A DNA stretch of 64,000 bases from Candidatus Latescibacterota bacterium (GTDB lineage Bacteria; Latescibacterota; UBA2968; GCA-2709665), in the NCBI GenBank assembly GCA_965248435.1, contig OZ252100.1:448001-512000 (forward strand), given 5' to 3'. Position 1 is the first letter of the stretch. The number at the start of each line of letters is the position of its first letter. Shown here in pieces: positions 8,980-18,961 of the stretch. The notes below the pieces were generated by a model that was not told where the DNA came from, ran no database searches, and saw only the letters and a list, made by a program, of their open reading frames with translations. A program made the position numbers and the translations under genes.

Positions 8980-9789
8980 TCACTTCAAAAGCATCATCCG
9001 CCGAATTTGCGCGAAATTTCCGGCCTGGATTCGATAGATATAGATTCCACTCGCCAGCTGCCGCCCGTGTTCGTCCCTGGCATCCCAGTCCGCCGTATAA
9101 AACCCGGCATCGAGCGCTTCATTCACGAGGGTCCGGACCTCCTGCCCAAGCACATTGTAAATGACCAGACTCGCGTGCGCCTGCTCAGCCAGCTGGTAGC
9201 TGATCGTCGTGGTAGGGTTGAAGGGATTAGGCACATTCTGGTCCAGCCCGAAATCCTGTGGGAGAGCCCTCAGATCACCGACCTCTATGTTTTGGATTTC
9301 ATCGATGTTTCCTTCCAGGTCGACCAGAATGCCCTCGGCGATCTGAAAATCGGAAGGTAAGGGTGTATCGATGGCCTTGAACGTGACCTCGACCAACCTG
9401 CCTTCACCATCTGCGCTCTCTCCATCAACCTTCATAGATCCCAACGCCAGCCTTCCGGGCGTTCGATTCGAGGAGAGAAACAGGGTCGGCTCTCCGCTTC
9501 CGGTGTCCAGCAGGTTTCCTTCCCCCTCCTGGGCCTCTACGAACTCGTACTTTGCTGGATCGAATTGAAGCACAAACCCATAGCCTTTCAGCTGCTCGGT
9601 TTGGCCTATCCTGACCTGAAGCTTCAGGATCCCATCTTCTGCCTTGCGCGGATCCGCGCGTTCCAGCGTCAGTTCTGCGAATGCGTTCTTGCCCCCGGTG
9701 ATTTCTAGACCACTTGTGAGGTCTCTTGCCACGGCGGAAGTCGCCAGGATGAGCCCCCCACAGACCAATGCGGTAACACTCGATTTCAT
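8980..9789 (-). CDS. Secreted cohesin-domain protein with C-terminal FlgD-Ig / T9SS-type sorting domain
   Basis: Signal peptide MKSSVTALVCGGLILATSAVA after an AGGAGG RBS; cohesin-like LKGYGFVLQFDPAKYEFVEA; C-terminal FGLDQNVPNPFNPTTTISYQL...IYNVLGQEVRTLV...WDARD...LASGIYIYRI...MMLLK. Confidence 0.85.
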   Translation of the reverse strand: MKSSVTALVCGGLILATSAVARDLTSGLEITGGKNAFAELTLERADPRKAEDGILKLQVRIGQTEQLKGYGFVLQFDPAKYEFVEAQEGEGNLLDTGSGEPTLFLSSNRTPGRLALGSMKVDGESADGEGRLVEVTFKAIDTPLPSDFQIAEGILVDLEGNIDEIQNIEVGDLRALPQDFGLDQNVPNPFNPTTTISYQLAEQAHASLVIYNVLGQEVRTLVNEALDAGFYTADWDARDEHGRQLASGIYIYRIQAGNFAQIRRMMLLK

Positions 9790-9896
9790 TCTCACACCTC
9801 CTGTTTTTACTGGTGCATCCTGCACCGAGTCGGCCTACGATCAGGCCTTTTCCTACAGTATTAATTATCGGCACAAACGCCACATCTCACTCAAAA

Positions 9897-9925
9897 AATT
9901 TACAGCCTAACTCTCCATTTGTCAA
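9897..9925 (-). promoter_or_regulatory. Putative sigma70 promoter for the cohesin/FlgD gene
   Basis: Minus strand TTGACA-17 nt-TAAATT. Confidence 0.55.
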
Positions 9926-10003
9926 CTAGTTTTCCCGTTCGGGGGACTCAGAAGAGGCCTCAGAATCGCCATTCTGGGGCGTTCCGAGCAAGATAATTGC
10001 CCT

Positions 10004-11530
10004 CTACGAGCCTTCCGAACTGTCCCTGAAATATCCTAGAATTCCCTCCACCATTCCGGGAATGGAGACCTGATTCGGGGGAGGCTCCGCGACAACGCGG
10101 AAACCTGCATCTCTCGCCGTCCTGGAGGTGACCTGACCAATACACGCTGCAGGCAGACGGCTCGTGACACCATCCAGTATCTCGGGACCGACCAGTTCTG
10201 CAAAATTCTTGACCGTGGATGAGCTGGTGAACGTCACCAGGTCCATCTCTCCACCGGCCAGTCGGTCCCTAACGGATTCTGGAATCCCCTCTGGCCGTTC
10301 TGTCCGATATGTTGTAATCTCGGTCACGTCGCCTCCTCTGTCCCTAAGGCCCTCTACAAGCACCTTTCTACCGATCTCGGACCGCGGAACCAGAAATCTT
10401 CGCACCGAAATGTCCACCTGATTCACGAGGGCCTCAAGGAGACCTTCCGCAACATGATTCGATGGGGTCAGATCTTCGCGGAGGGAGTATGTCGCAAGCT
10501 TTTCTGTTGTCGCGGGACCCACCGTCGCGACTTTGGTTCCCTTCAGGATCCGCAGGTCCTTCCCCAGGGCCAGGATCCGTCCAAACAGCCGCTCAACTGC
10601 GTTCGGACTCGCAAACACGATCCAGTCGAACTCTTCGATCTGAGAGATCGCCCGATCCACAGGAGACCAGTCTTCAGGATCCTGGATACAAATCGTGGGT
10701 ACCTCGACGACCTCCGCGCCCTGCTCCCGCAGGCTTCGAACGAGGTCGCTGTTTTGCGTACGGCTTCGGGTCACCACGATGGATCGGCCGAAGAGGGGGC
10801 GAGACTCGAACCAGGAAAGGTCGAAACTAGCGACCTCCCCAACGATGATCGCAGCAGGGGCCTGGATCTCCATCCGACTCAGGTCTCCCAAGGTTCCTCG
10901 GGCGGTTTCCTGATGCGGCAGACTGACCCAGCGTACGGCCGCAACCGGTGTATTTGGAGAAAGCCCGCCGGCCATCAACCGTTGCGCGATCTCGGCGCGA
11001 TTACCCACGCCCATCAGAATGACCAGCGTGCCGTTCACCTGAGATAACGCCTCCCAACGCACATCGGTTCCCGACTTTTTTGGATCCTCGTGGCCGGTCA
11101 CAACCGTCACGTTCCCGGAAACTCCCCTATAGGTCAAGGGAATCCCGGAGTAGGATGCAGCTGCAGTCGCGCTCGACACGCCCGGGACCACCTCGAATTC
11201 GATGCCGGCCTCCTTCAAGCTCCCGGCCTCCTCCCCACCGCGCCCGAAGATGAATGGATCGCCGCCCTTCAAACGAACGACTCGCTTTCCGGCCGCGCCC
11301 TTCTCGATCAACAGCGCGTTGATCTCCTCCTGCTGCATCGCCTGAAAGCCCGCGCGTTTTCCGACGTAGATCTTCTCGCAGGCTGGTTCTGCCTCATCGA
11401 TCAGGGCTTCGTCCACAAGATCATCATAGAGCAGCACTTCAGCTGCCTGGATACAGTGCAGCCCTTTCATGCTGATGAGCTCAGGGTCTCCGGGCCCCGC
11501 ACCAACGAGGGTTACTTTGCCCTTTTTCAT
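10004..11530 (-). CDS. cobA: Uroporphyrinogen-III C-methyltransferase / uroporphyrinogen-III synthase fusion (CobA-HemD)
   Basis: LVGAGPGDPEL, RLKGGDPFIFGRGGEE; then HemD half IVVTRS, WIVFASPNAVE, VTFTSSSTVKNF. Confidence 0.93.
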   Translation of the reverse strand: MKKGKVTLVGAGPGDPELISMKGLHCIQAAEVLLYDDLVDEALIDEAEPACEKIYVGKRAGFQAMQQEEINALLIEKGAAGKRVVRLKGGDPFIFGRGGEEAGSLKEAGIEFEVVPGVSSATAAASYSGIPLTYRGVSGNVTVVTGHEDPKKSGTDVRWEALSQVNGTLVILMGVGNRAEIAQRLMAGGLSPNTPVAAVRWVSLPHQETARGTLGDLSRMEIQAPAAIIVGEVASFDLSWFESRPLFGRSIVVTRSRTQNSDLVRSLREQGAEVVEVPTICIQDPEDWSPVDRAISQIEEFDWIVFASPNAVERLFGRILALGKDLRILKGTKVATVGPATTEKLATYSLREDLTPSNHVAEGLLEALVNQVDISVRRFLVPRSEIGRKVLVEGLRDRGGDVTEITTYRTERPEGIPESVRDRLAGGEMDLVTFTSSSTVKNFAELVGPEILDGVTSRLPAACIGQVTSRTARDAGFRVVAEPPPNQVSIPGMVEGILGYFRDSSEGS

Positions 11531-11589
11531 CCACCTCTCCGAAAAACCCTAGATGCGTTCCGCGTCACGGTATCGTCTTTCATGAATCG

Positions 11590-12510
11590 CTACCTCAGAC
11601 TTTTCAAAATCTCGCCGGCCCCATCGGACAGGAGCTGGTCCGCCAGCGCCTGACCGAGTGCTTCCGAGGCCGAGGCGACACCCTCAGTCTGTCCTTGCAC
11701 CACACGGCTGCCATCCGGCAGTGCCACAAGCCCGTCCAGCACCATCCCGCTGCCCTCTTCACGTGCCCACGCGCCGATCGGTACCTCGCATCCCCCCTCG
11801 AGCGCACGGAGCATGGATCGCTCCGCCGTCACCGCACGGCGACTGGCCTTATCCTCCAGATCCGATACGATCTCCTCCACACCCGACTCTCTCGATCTGA
11901 CGGTAACGGCCATTGCGCCCTGTCCGGGGGCTGGCAGAATGCGGTCAGCGGCCAGGTACTCAGAGATCCGATCACGGAGGCCCAGCCGCTCGAGACCTGC
12001 GGCCGCCAGCACGACGGCATCCAGATCCTTCGCTTCCAGACTGTCGATGCGCCTCTCCACGTTCCCCCTCACCCCTTCGATCCTCAGATCAGGCCGGATG
12101 TTTAGGAGTTGCGCCTGCCTGCGGAGACTGCTCGTTCCCACGCGTGCCCCTTCTTTCAGCTCCGTCAAGTTTTCTCCTTTTCGACTTACCAGGGCATCCC
12201 TCACATCCGCCCTCGAGCTGACCGCTCCGATCTCCAGACCCTCCGGCAGTTCAGTGGGCAAGTCTTTCAGGCTATGCACGGCAAGATCGACCCCCCCATC
12301 CAGGAGCGCTTCGTCGATCTCCTTAGTAAAAACCCCCTTCCCGCCGATCGCGGAAAAGGGGGCATTCGAAATTCGGTCCCCTTTAGTACGAATGACCTGA
12401 ATCTCGACTGTAAGATCAGACCTGCGTTCCAGGAGGCCCTTTCGTGCCCACTCCGCCTGCCACAAGGCTAGGCGGCTACCTCGACTCCCTATGACCAGGT
12501 GTTTGGCCAT
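11590..12510 (-). CDS. hemC: Hydroxymethylbilane synthase (porphobilinogen deaminase)
   Basis: IGSRGSRLALWQA, GGKGVFTKEI, AVHSLKDLP, GTSSLRR, PAPGQGA, LEGGCEVPIG. Confidence 0.97.
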   Translation of the reverse strand: MAKHLVIGSRGSRLALWQAEWARKGLLERRSDLTVEIQVIRTKGDRISNAPFSAIGGKGVFTKEIDEALLDGGVDLAVHSLKDLPTELPEGLEIGAVSSRADVRDALVSRKGENLTELKEGARVGTSSLRRQAQLLNIRPDLRIEGVRGNVERRIDSLEAKDLDAVVLAAAGLERLGLRDRISEYLAADRILPAPGQGAMAVTVRSRESGVEEIVSDLEDKASRRAVTAERSMLRALEGGCEVPIGAWAREEGSGMVLDGLVALPDGSRVVQGQTEGVASASEALGQALADQLLSDGAGEILKSLR

Positions 12511-13834
12511 CTAAGACCACATTCCTTAGAGCCTCCGATGCGCTTTCAGACGGTTCCTCGGTCACTGCTTTACTTTCCGTCTGAAGATCGAACAGATGTA
12601 CGAGGGATTCGACATAGGACAACGGGTTCCCGCGCTCGGTGGCCTCCTTGAGCCGCGTTTGAGGCGCGTGCAGAATCTTGTTCATGTACCGGCGGAGCAC
12701 CTCGGCCACCTTCGCCATCTGAGCGTCCGAAAACTCAGAGAGCCTGGCGTGCGCGAGTTCTTCCTCCATGACATCTTGAAAATACCGTCTTAGAGCCGTA
12801 ATGATGGGCACAACCTGAAGTGAGTTCTGCCACGAAATAAAGGAGGTCACCTCTTCCTCCAAGATCCGTCTCGCCTTCTCCGCTTCCTCCTGGCGCTTCT
12901 TCAAGTTCACGCCCACCACAGACTGGAGGTCATCCACGTCGTAGAGAAAGACGTTGTAGAGCTCACCGACTTCAGGGTCGATGTCTCGCGGGACCGCGAT
13001 GTCGATCAGAAACATCTGCTGGTTCCGCCTTCGTTTCATCGCCTCTGCAACGGACTCCCGATGCAGAATGTATTTGGGGGCCCCGGTCGAGCTGATCACG
13101 ATATCTGCCCGATGCAGGCTCTCCACGGCCTCCTGCCACCCCATCGCCTGCCCCCCCACACGATCAGCCAGATCCTTCGCCCGCTCGAACGTTCTGCTGG
13201 CCACGATCAGGTAACCCACCCCATTTTGCGCGAGATGTCTGGCGGTCAATTCGCTCATCTCTCCCGCACCCAGGACCAGCCCCACCCGACCCCGGAGATC
13301 GCCGAAGATCTTCCTGGCCAGCTCGACGGCTGCAAAGCCTACCGAAACTGCGCCGACACCGATCTCAGTCTCTGACCTCGCCCGCTTTGAAGCCCCGAGG
13401 GCGCAGCTGAACAGCCGGTTGAGCAATGCACGGCTGGTCCCGCGCTCCAAGGCTGCAGCGCCTGCCTCCTTCACCTGCCCGGCGATCTGAGGCTCCCCCA
13501 TAATCATCGAATCCAGTCCCGAGGCGACCTGGAAGAGGTGGGAAGCCACCTCGCGATCTCTATAGACGATGAGGTGCTTTCGCAGCGCGTCCTTTCCAAG
13601 GCCACTCTGTATGCCGAACATCTCGACGGCATCATCGATGGCAAGATCCGGCAGATCACTCACCAGGTAGGCTTCGAGCCGATTGCAGGTAGAAAGGACC
13701 GCGCACTCCGATATGGAGGCCTGCCGATGGAGTCGCTCCAGGACCGAAGGGAGTGAATGGTCGGGCACGGCGACCCGGTCCCGTATGTCCACGGAAGCCG
13801 TGCGGTGGTTGAGCCCGACGACTAGGAAAGACAT
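12476..13834 (-). CDS. hemA: Glutamyl-tRNA reductase
   Basis: VGLNHRTA, LSTCNRLE, SGLDSMIMGEPQIAGQVK, LGAGEM, IDIAVPRDIDP; start reassigned to ATG 13834. Confidence 0.96.
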   Translation of the reverse strand: MSFLVVGLNHRTASVDIRDRVAVPDHSLPSVLERLHRQASISECAVLSTCNRLEAYLVSDLPDLAIDDAVEMFGIQSGLGKDALRKHLIVYRDREVASHLFQVASGLDSMIMGEPQIAGQVKEAGAAALERGTSRALLNRLFSCALGASKRARSETEIGVGAVSVGFAAVELARKIFGDLRGRVGLVLGAGEMSELTARHLAQNGVGYLIVASRTFERAKDLADRVGGQAMGWQEAVESLHRADIVISSTGAPKYILHRESVAEAMKRRRNQQMFLIDIAVPRDIDPEVGELYNVFLYDVDDLQSVVGVNLKKRQEEAEKARRILEEEVTSFISWQNSLQVVPIITALRRYFQDVMEEELAHARLSEFSDAQMAKVAEVLRRYMNKILHAPQTRLKEATERGNPLSYVESLVHLFDLQTESKAVTEEPSESASEALRNVVLDGQTPGHRESR

Positions 13835-14463
13835 TCGGCCACCTTTTCCTCGATCTCGTCCCATTTCCTTTGCCGAATCAGCTCGACGGTCTCCCACGTC
13901 ACCAACCTGTCCCATACGCAGCGGCGGCGCTCTCCATCATCGGGGAATCTGGCCATGACCTCAGGCCGGAGGCGTTCGCACAGTTCGACAAGTTCTTCCT
14001 GCTCGGGTCCGAGCAAATCTTCCAGCCTTTCGCGGATCAGCCGGGCATAGGCGGGGCTGGCGCCTCCCGTAGAGAAGGCGACGCGGATGATTCCCCGCTC
14101 GACGACAGAGGGCATTACAAAGTCTCCTTCAGCAGAAGCGTTCGAGACATTCGACAGCGCGCCGATGGACTCTGCCTCGGCCGCAACTTCTCGATTCACG
14201 TCTGGATGATCCGTCGCGGCGAACACCAGGAGCGCGCCCTTCAGGTCTCCCTCTGCGAACGGTCTGGGCACCAGCTCGATCTTTCCTGCCTTCGCCAGCT
14301 GCACAAGATGCTCGGTCGTCTCTGGGCTGACAACCCGGACACACGCACCTGCTTCGAGCAGTCCATTCACCTTTCGTTCGCCGACCTTCCCACCCCCGAC
14401 GACCACGCAGGTTCTGCCCTGGATGCTGAGAAAAATCGGGTAAGCAAATCGCGCTGCGCCCAT
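13822..14463 (-). CDS. Precorrin-2 dehydrogenase / sirohydrochlorin ferrochelatase (SirC/Met8p/CysG N-terminal type)
   Basis: YPIFL, VVVGGGKVGERKV, LVFAATD, GDFVMPSVV, STGGASPAYARLIR; start reassigned to ATG 14463. Confidence 0.9.
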   Translation of the reverse strand: MGAARFAYPIFLSIQGRTCVVVGGGKVGERKVNGLLEAGACVRVVSPETTEHLVQLAKAGKIELVPRPFAEGDLKGALLVFAATDHPDVNREVAAEAESIGALSNVSNASAEGDFVMPSVVERGIIRVAFSTGGASPAYARLIRERLEDLLGPEQEELVELCERLRPEVMARFPDDGERRRCVWDRLVTWETVELIRQRKWDEIEEKVAECLS

Positions 14464-14501
14464 CGTGATATAGAATCCGTGACCCCCACGCGAAGGCGAG
14501 G

Positions 14502-15329
14502 TTATTGGCCGAGTGAATGTCGCCCGGAAAACAACACTCCGACGACCGGGAACGAGAGCACCACCAGGGCAAATCCGATGATCGAGAGAAATGCGGATCG
14601 TTTGCCTCGCCATCCCGCAATCAGGCGCACGCCGAGGTGGCAGGCGTAGACGAAGCAGGTGACAAGGAGGGCGGCGAACGCCGGTTCGTTCCAAACCCAC
14701 AGCCGTTCGAGCTCCTGATAAGCCCAGGCGGAACTCGCGATCAACCCGGCGACCAGAAACAGGAAACCAAAGGTGACTGCGCGATTGTTGATCTGGTCCA
14801 ACGTCTCCAGCGGCGGAAGGCGCTCGTAGAAGAAGCCGAGATGCTTGGCCTGAATCTCACCCAACAGCAGCACATACATCACCGCGCTCACACAGGAGAT
14901 CGCGAACGCGGCATATGCACCAATGTAGGCCAGAACGTGGAGTTTAAACCAGCTCCCGGCGAAGGCCACTGGAGGCACCTCGCCAAGCGCCATTAATTTG
15001 ATAAGCGTAAACAGCTGCAGCAGCGTAACGATCGGTACGACGAGGGCACCGAGGGAACGGTCCCGGGTTGTCAGTTCCAGGTAGAAATAGACGATCACTA
15101 CGAGCCAGGCGCACAAAGACGGTAATACTTCGTTCGTCAGAGGAACGCCTGCGCCGGCCACCGTGAGCCGCCCCAAAAGAAACGTGTGGAGGACCCATCC
15201 AAGGACCAGGCCACGCGTGGCGATGTTGCCCCGCAGTTCGCTCTTCGCGTGGAAGTTCACCGCGTAGGCGCCCGCGCTGATGACATAGGCCAGCGTAACG
15301 AGAACCAATGATAATTCTTGTATGTCCAT
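14502..15329 (-). CDS. ccsA: Cytochrome c biogenesis protein CcsA-like (ResC/HemX-type) membrane protein
   Basis: About 8 hydrophobic helices, WFKLHV, LPPLETLD, GWRGKRSA; upstream of hemA as in many heme operons. Confidence 0.75.
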   Translation of the reverse strand: MDIQELSLVLVTLAYVISAGAYAVNFHAKSELRGNIATRGLVLGWVLHTFLLGRLTVAGAGVPLTNEVLPSLCAWLVVIVYFYLELTTRDRSLGALVVPIVTLLQLFTLIKLMALGEVPPVAFAGSWFKLHVLAYIGAYAAFAISCVSAVMYVLLLGEIQAKHLGFFYERLPPLETLDQINNRAVTFGFLFLVAGLIASSAWAYQELERLWVWNEPAFAALLVTCFVYACHLGVRLIAGWRGKRSAFLSIIGFALVVLSFPVVGVLFSGRHSLGQ

Positions 15330-15439
15330 CCGGGTGTGGCCCGATCGCACGGTTGAAAGAGGCCATAAAACCGACGCCGTCCGGCGGCACCTAAAATTCG
15401 AGGTGACCCAAGTTCCCGGACGGCGATTAAGCGACCTCT

Positions 15440-16681
15440 TTATAGCGGTGAGTCGAGAAACTCCTCAACATTCACGTCGTGACGCCTCGGATCATCCGCT
15501 TCTATGATTCGTCGACAGTTCTCTTCACCTTTTTCTCTGAATTCCTGATACAGGTCGATCACGAACGGACTCGACCTGCGCTTTCCATATTGCGAGAACA
15601 GGACCCCGACCTTGGGATGGAGCGAATCTTCCGGGTTTACTTCCATCACGATCCCCATCTCCTTCGTGTTCAACTTCACGAAGCTTCCGACCGGATAGAC
15701 TCCCAGCTGTTTGATGAAGGTATTCACAACCTCCTCCTTGAAGTCCGTACCCCTTCCATCAAACACGACGCGGAGGGCGATATACGGGGGCAGCCCCGGT
15801 TTGTAAGGACGCGCCGATGTCAACGCGTCGTAGACGTCAGCCACCGCCGCCATGGCTGCAAAGGGATGCATCTGGTCGCTCGTCAATCCCCTCGGATACC
15901 CGGCGCCGTTGACCTTCTCGTGATGCTGGCCTGTAATGGCGATGGCTGGCTCGGCAACGTGGCCCATCTCCTCAAGGATCTTCTCACCGAACAAGGGGTG
16001 ACTCATTACGATTTTTCGTTCCTTGTCCGTGAGTGGGCCGGGCTTATCCAGGATCGACAGCGGGATCTTGCCCTTCCCGACATCGTGTAAGAGCCCTCCC
16101 ACGCCGATCACCGCTGCCTCCTCCTCCGTCACACCCGAAGCGTACGCAATCGCAAGCGTGAGCACGCAGACGTTGACGGAATGCATGTAGGTGTGTTCGC
16201 TGTAGTTCTTCAAGGCGGTCAGACTCAACAGGGCATCCACGTTCCTGAAGACACTGCCTGTGAGAGTCTTGGATGCCATACCGACCTTTTCGGCATCGAT
16301 GCTCCCCCCCGTGGCAACGTTCGACATGAACTCTTTGACAACCTTGACAGACGCCCCGCGGATCTTCTTGGCAACCTTGATCTCGTCTTTAAAGAAGGCC
16401 TGCCGTCCGGCAGGAGGCTTCGCTTTCTTCACCTCCTTGATCTGAACTGGCGGAGCGACCATCTGGCCGCCCGCTGTGTCTTTGCCCTTGGACGTGTCGA
16501 TCGTGACTTCTTTAAGCCCGGCCTCCTTGAGGCGCCTGATCTGATTGCCCGAAGTGACCAGCATCCCCTTGCCCAGGAGAAGCACGTTCTTCTTCGATGA
16601 ACCCCCTGCACCTTCTTTGATGTCGGCCTCCATAAACATGCCGACTTCCAGTTTGTCTAAAGAGATCTTCTTCTTCGCCAT
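15440..16681 (-). CDS. HD-GYP c-di-GMP phosphodiesterase with DUF3391-like N-terminus
   Basis: KKISLDKLEVGMFM; HSVNV, LLHDVGK, HHEKVNGAGYP, VADVYDALTSARPYK. Confidence 0.9.
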   Translation of the reverse strand: MAKKKISLDKLEVGMFMEADIKEGAGGSSKKNVLLLGKGMLVTSGNQIRRLKEAGLKEVTIDTSKGKDTAGGQMVAPPVQIKEVKKAKPPAGRQAFFKDEIKVAKKIRGASVKVVKEFMSNVATGGSIDAEKVGMASKTLTGSVFRNVDALLSLTALKNYSEHTYMHSVNVCVLTLAIAYASGVTEEEAAVIGVGGLLHDVGKGKIPLSILDKPGPLTDKERKIVMSHPLFGEKILEEMGHVAEPAIAITGQHHEKVNGAGYPRGLTSDQMHPFAAMAAVADVYDALTSARPYKPGLPPYIALRVVFDGRGTDFKEEVVNTFIKQLGVYPVGSFVKLNTKEMGIVMEVNPEDSLHPKVGVLFSQYGKRRSSPFVIDLYQEFREKGEENCRRIIEADDPRRHDVNVEEFLDSPL

Positions 16682-16785
16682 GCGCTGAGGTTTCCTAAAA
16701 TTCCCGGATAACCAGCCGCTTTACTGAGCCACGGGGCGAAAATCGTCCCAACGGGCTTAGATTTCTTAAGTTAGCAAAAGAATGC

Positions 16786-17967
16786 CTATGAATCAACCGA
16801 AATCCTCATTCCAGCACCGGGCGTAATCGAGCCCAGGACCGAAGCGTGTTTGGCCCCGGTCACACTTGGGATGCTCCCCGTCATGCCGCCCAGCGTCTGA
16901 TTGGCCAGTACCGCGAATCCAATCGCTTCCTTCGCTTCAGAAGGGATACCGAACGCATCGGTCGTAATCACTTCGATGCCGCTCAGCTTCTGCATCAACA
17001 TTCGCATCATCTCAGGATTCTCTGAACCGCCTCCGCTTACAACAACCCGGTCGACATTCCATTTAGGGAACACGAGCGCCACCAGCGCATCTGAAATGCT
17101 CATTACCGTGAATGTGGTCGCGGTCAGAATCAGGTCAGGACCCGACAGATCCTTTCCCCAGGCAAGCACTTGATCTACGAAATCTCTTCCGAAGGTTTCA
17201 CGACCCGTCGACTTCGGAGGAGGAAGCGCGAGGAAGGGATGCCGCATCAATTTTTTCAGGAGCACTTCATCGGCCTCTCCCTCCGCAGCCATCTTCCCGT
17301 CCACATCGTATGATTGAACACCGTCAGTCAGACTGTTCACGAGCGCGTCCACGACCATATTCCCCGGACCCGTGTCGAAAGCCGTCACATCGTCAACACT
17401 GCAGCCCGCCGGCAGTGACGTGATGTTCGAGATCCCACCGATGTTCAACATCACACTGCCAACCTGGTCCGACCTGAATAGGATGTAGTCCACGAGGGGG
17501 ATCAGGGGGGCGCCTTGACCTCCTGCGGCCATATCTCGAGATCGGAAGTCTGAAATCGTCGTCACCCCGGTGCGCTCGGCGATGACGGAAGGACTCCCGA
17601 CCTGAAATGTCGCACGCACATCGGTCTCGAAAACCCGCTCCGGTCCCGGAAGGTGGTGTACGGTATGTCCGTGTGAGCCGATCAGGTCAACCGAAGCTAA
17701 AGGCACCCTGGCCTTTCTACAGACCTCCTCGGCCGCCTGGGCAAACCGTTCTCCAAGCACGGCGTTGATCTGACACAGTTGATCCACGCGAGCGGTCTGT
17801 GCGTCGCTCTGATTCAGGACGGCCTCCCGAAGGGACTTCGGGTATCCGACGGTAACGAACTCGACCAGACTGACCCGCGTGTTGATTCCAGAACCGGTCA
17901 CCTCTACCAGGGCGGCATCAACACCGTCGGCCGACGTCCCCGACATCAGACCGATGATCTTCTTCAC
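16786..17967 (-). CDS. anmK: Anhydro-N-acetylmuramic acid kinase
   Basis: IGLMSGTSADGVD, IGSHGHTV, DFRSRDMAAGGQGAPL, NIGGISN, FDTGPGN, PKSTGRETF, AKEAIGFA; probable GTG start 17967. Confidence 0.94.
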   Translation of the reverse strand: MKKIIGLMSGTSADGVDAALVEVTGSGINTRVSLVEFVTVGYPKSLREAVLNQSDAQTARVDQLCQINAVLGERFAQAAEEVCRKARVPLASVDLIGSHGHTVHHLPGPERVFETDVRATFQVGSPSVIAERTGVTTISDFRSRDMAAGGQGAPLIPLVDYILFRSDQVGSVMLNIGGISNITSLPAGCSVDDVTAFDTGPGNMVVDALVNSLTDGVQSYDVDGKMAAEGEADEVLLKKLMRHPFLALPPPKSTGRETFGRDFVDQVLAWGKDLSGPDLILTATTFTVMSISDALVALVFPKWNVDRVVVSGGGSENPEMMRMLMQKLSGIEVITTDAFGIPSEAKEAIGFAVLANQTLGGMTGSIPSVTGAKHASVLGSITPGAGMRISVDS

Positions 17968-17992
17968 GCTTTTGTCCAAGCGCCTCTCACAG

Positions 17993-18961
17993 TCAATGCG
18001 TTTCCTCAGAATTCCCACCACTCAAAACGTGAGCCCGCCTGAACGCGAAGACGATCCCCCCCGCCACGCTGGCCACGATGCCCGCCAGATAGCCCAGAAA
18101 CATCAAGGCCAGTGCTGACGCTGCGTGCATGCCCACGCGTCCGAACAACAGCGCGCCCATATTCTCTCGAACGCCAATTCCCCCGATCGAAACAGGAACG
18201 GCAGCGACAATGGCTATAAGCGGGATAAAGACGACGTAGTTCGTGAAGGCGACCTCCTGCCCAAGGGCCTCGCCCACCGTATAGTAAACGGCGATCCTGC
18301 AGATTTGAACGCCCAAAGCAAGCATCCCGGCGCGGATGAGCACGCCGTAGGCGTGACGATAGAGCAGGAAGCTGTTCCGAACATCCTCCATGAATCGAAC
18401 GGCCTTGAGAGGCAGTATTCGAGTGCACTTTGTAAGCAGGGCACCGCTCACACGACGGCTAAACCCGAAGCAGAGCACGCCCAGGAGCGCCGCATTCAAC
18501 AACAGGACAGAGATTTCCAGGTCTGGACTTCGCAGGCCTCCGCCAAGATAGTAAGCAAAAGTCGCGAAACAGCTCAACGTAAAGAGCCCGATAAATCGGT
18601 CCAGAAAAGTGGCGGCAAACCCGCCCAAACCTTTGCCGGTTAAACGATTCAGGTCATAGATGCGAATCGCATCTCCGCCTATATTGCTGATCAAGAAATT
18701 GTTGAAGAAAACCCCGACCAGATAAAGAGAGATGACAGTTCGCACAGGAAGCCTGATCTCCTGTGTCGAAAGTAGCTCACGCCACTGAAACGCACCCAGC
18801 AGGTTGCTCACGCCGAAAAGGGCGACCGCGATTGCCCATTGCTCTGCACGCACGGAGGCCAGCGCCGACTTGAGTTGTGGCCATCCGACCTGATGAAGAA
18901 AGAAGATGACCAGACACAGGCTGATCCCCACTTTCAAAAGGGTGAAGAAAAGCCGCTTCAC
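17993..18961 (-). CDS. Lysylphosphatidylglycerol-synthase-TM / flippase-like membrane protein (UPF0104)
   Basis: FFNNFLISNIGGDAIR, TFLDRFIGL, PVSIGGIGVRE. Confidence 0.85.
   Translation of the reverse strand: MKRLFFTLLKVGISLCLVIFFLHQVGWPQLKSALASVRAEQWAIAVALFGVSNLLGAFQWRELLSTQEIRLPVRTVISLYLVGVFFNNFLISNIGGDAIRIYDLNRLTGKGLGGFAATFLDRFIGLFTLSCFATFAYYLGGGLRSPDLEISVLLLNAALLGVLCFGFSRRVSGALLTKCTRILPLKAVRFMEDVRNSFLLYRHAYGVLIRAGMLALGVQICRIAVYYTVGEALGQEVAFTNYVVFIPLIAIVAAVPVSIGGIGVRENMGALLFGRVGMHAASALALMFLGYLAGIVASVAGGIVFAFRRAHVLSGGNSEETH

Noticed and set aside
9865-9872. Sigma28 -10 element GCCGATAA upstream of the cohesin/FlgD gene
   Set aside because: No TAAA -35 at the expected spacing, and a good sigma70 match lies just upstream.
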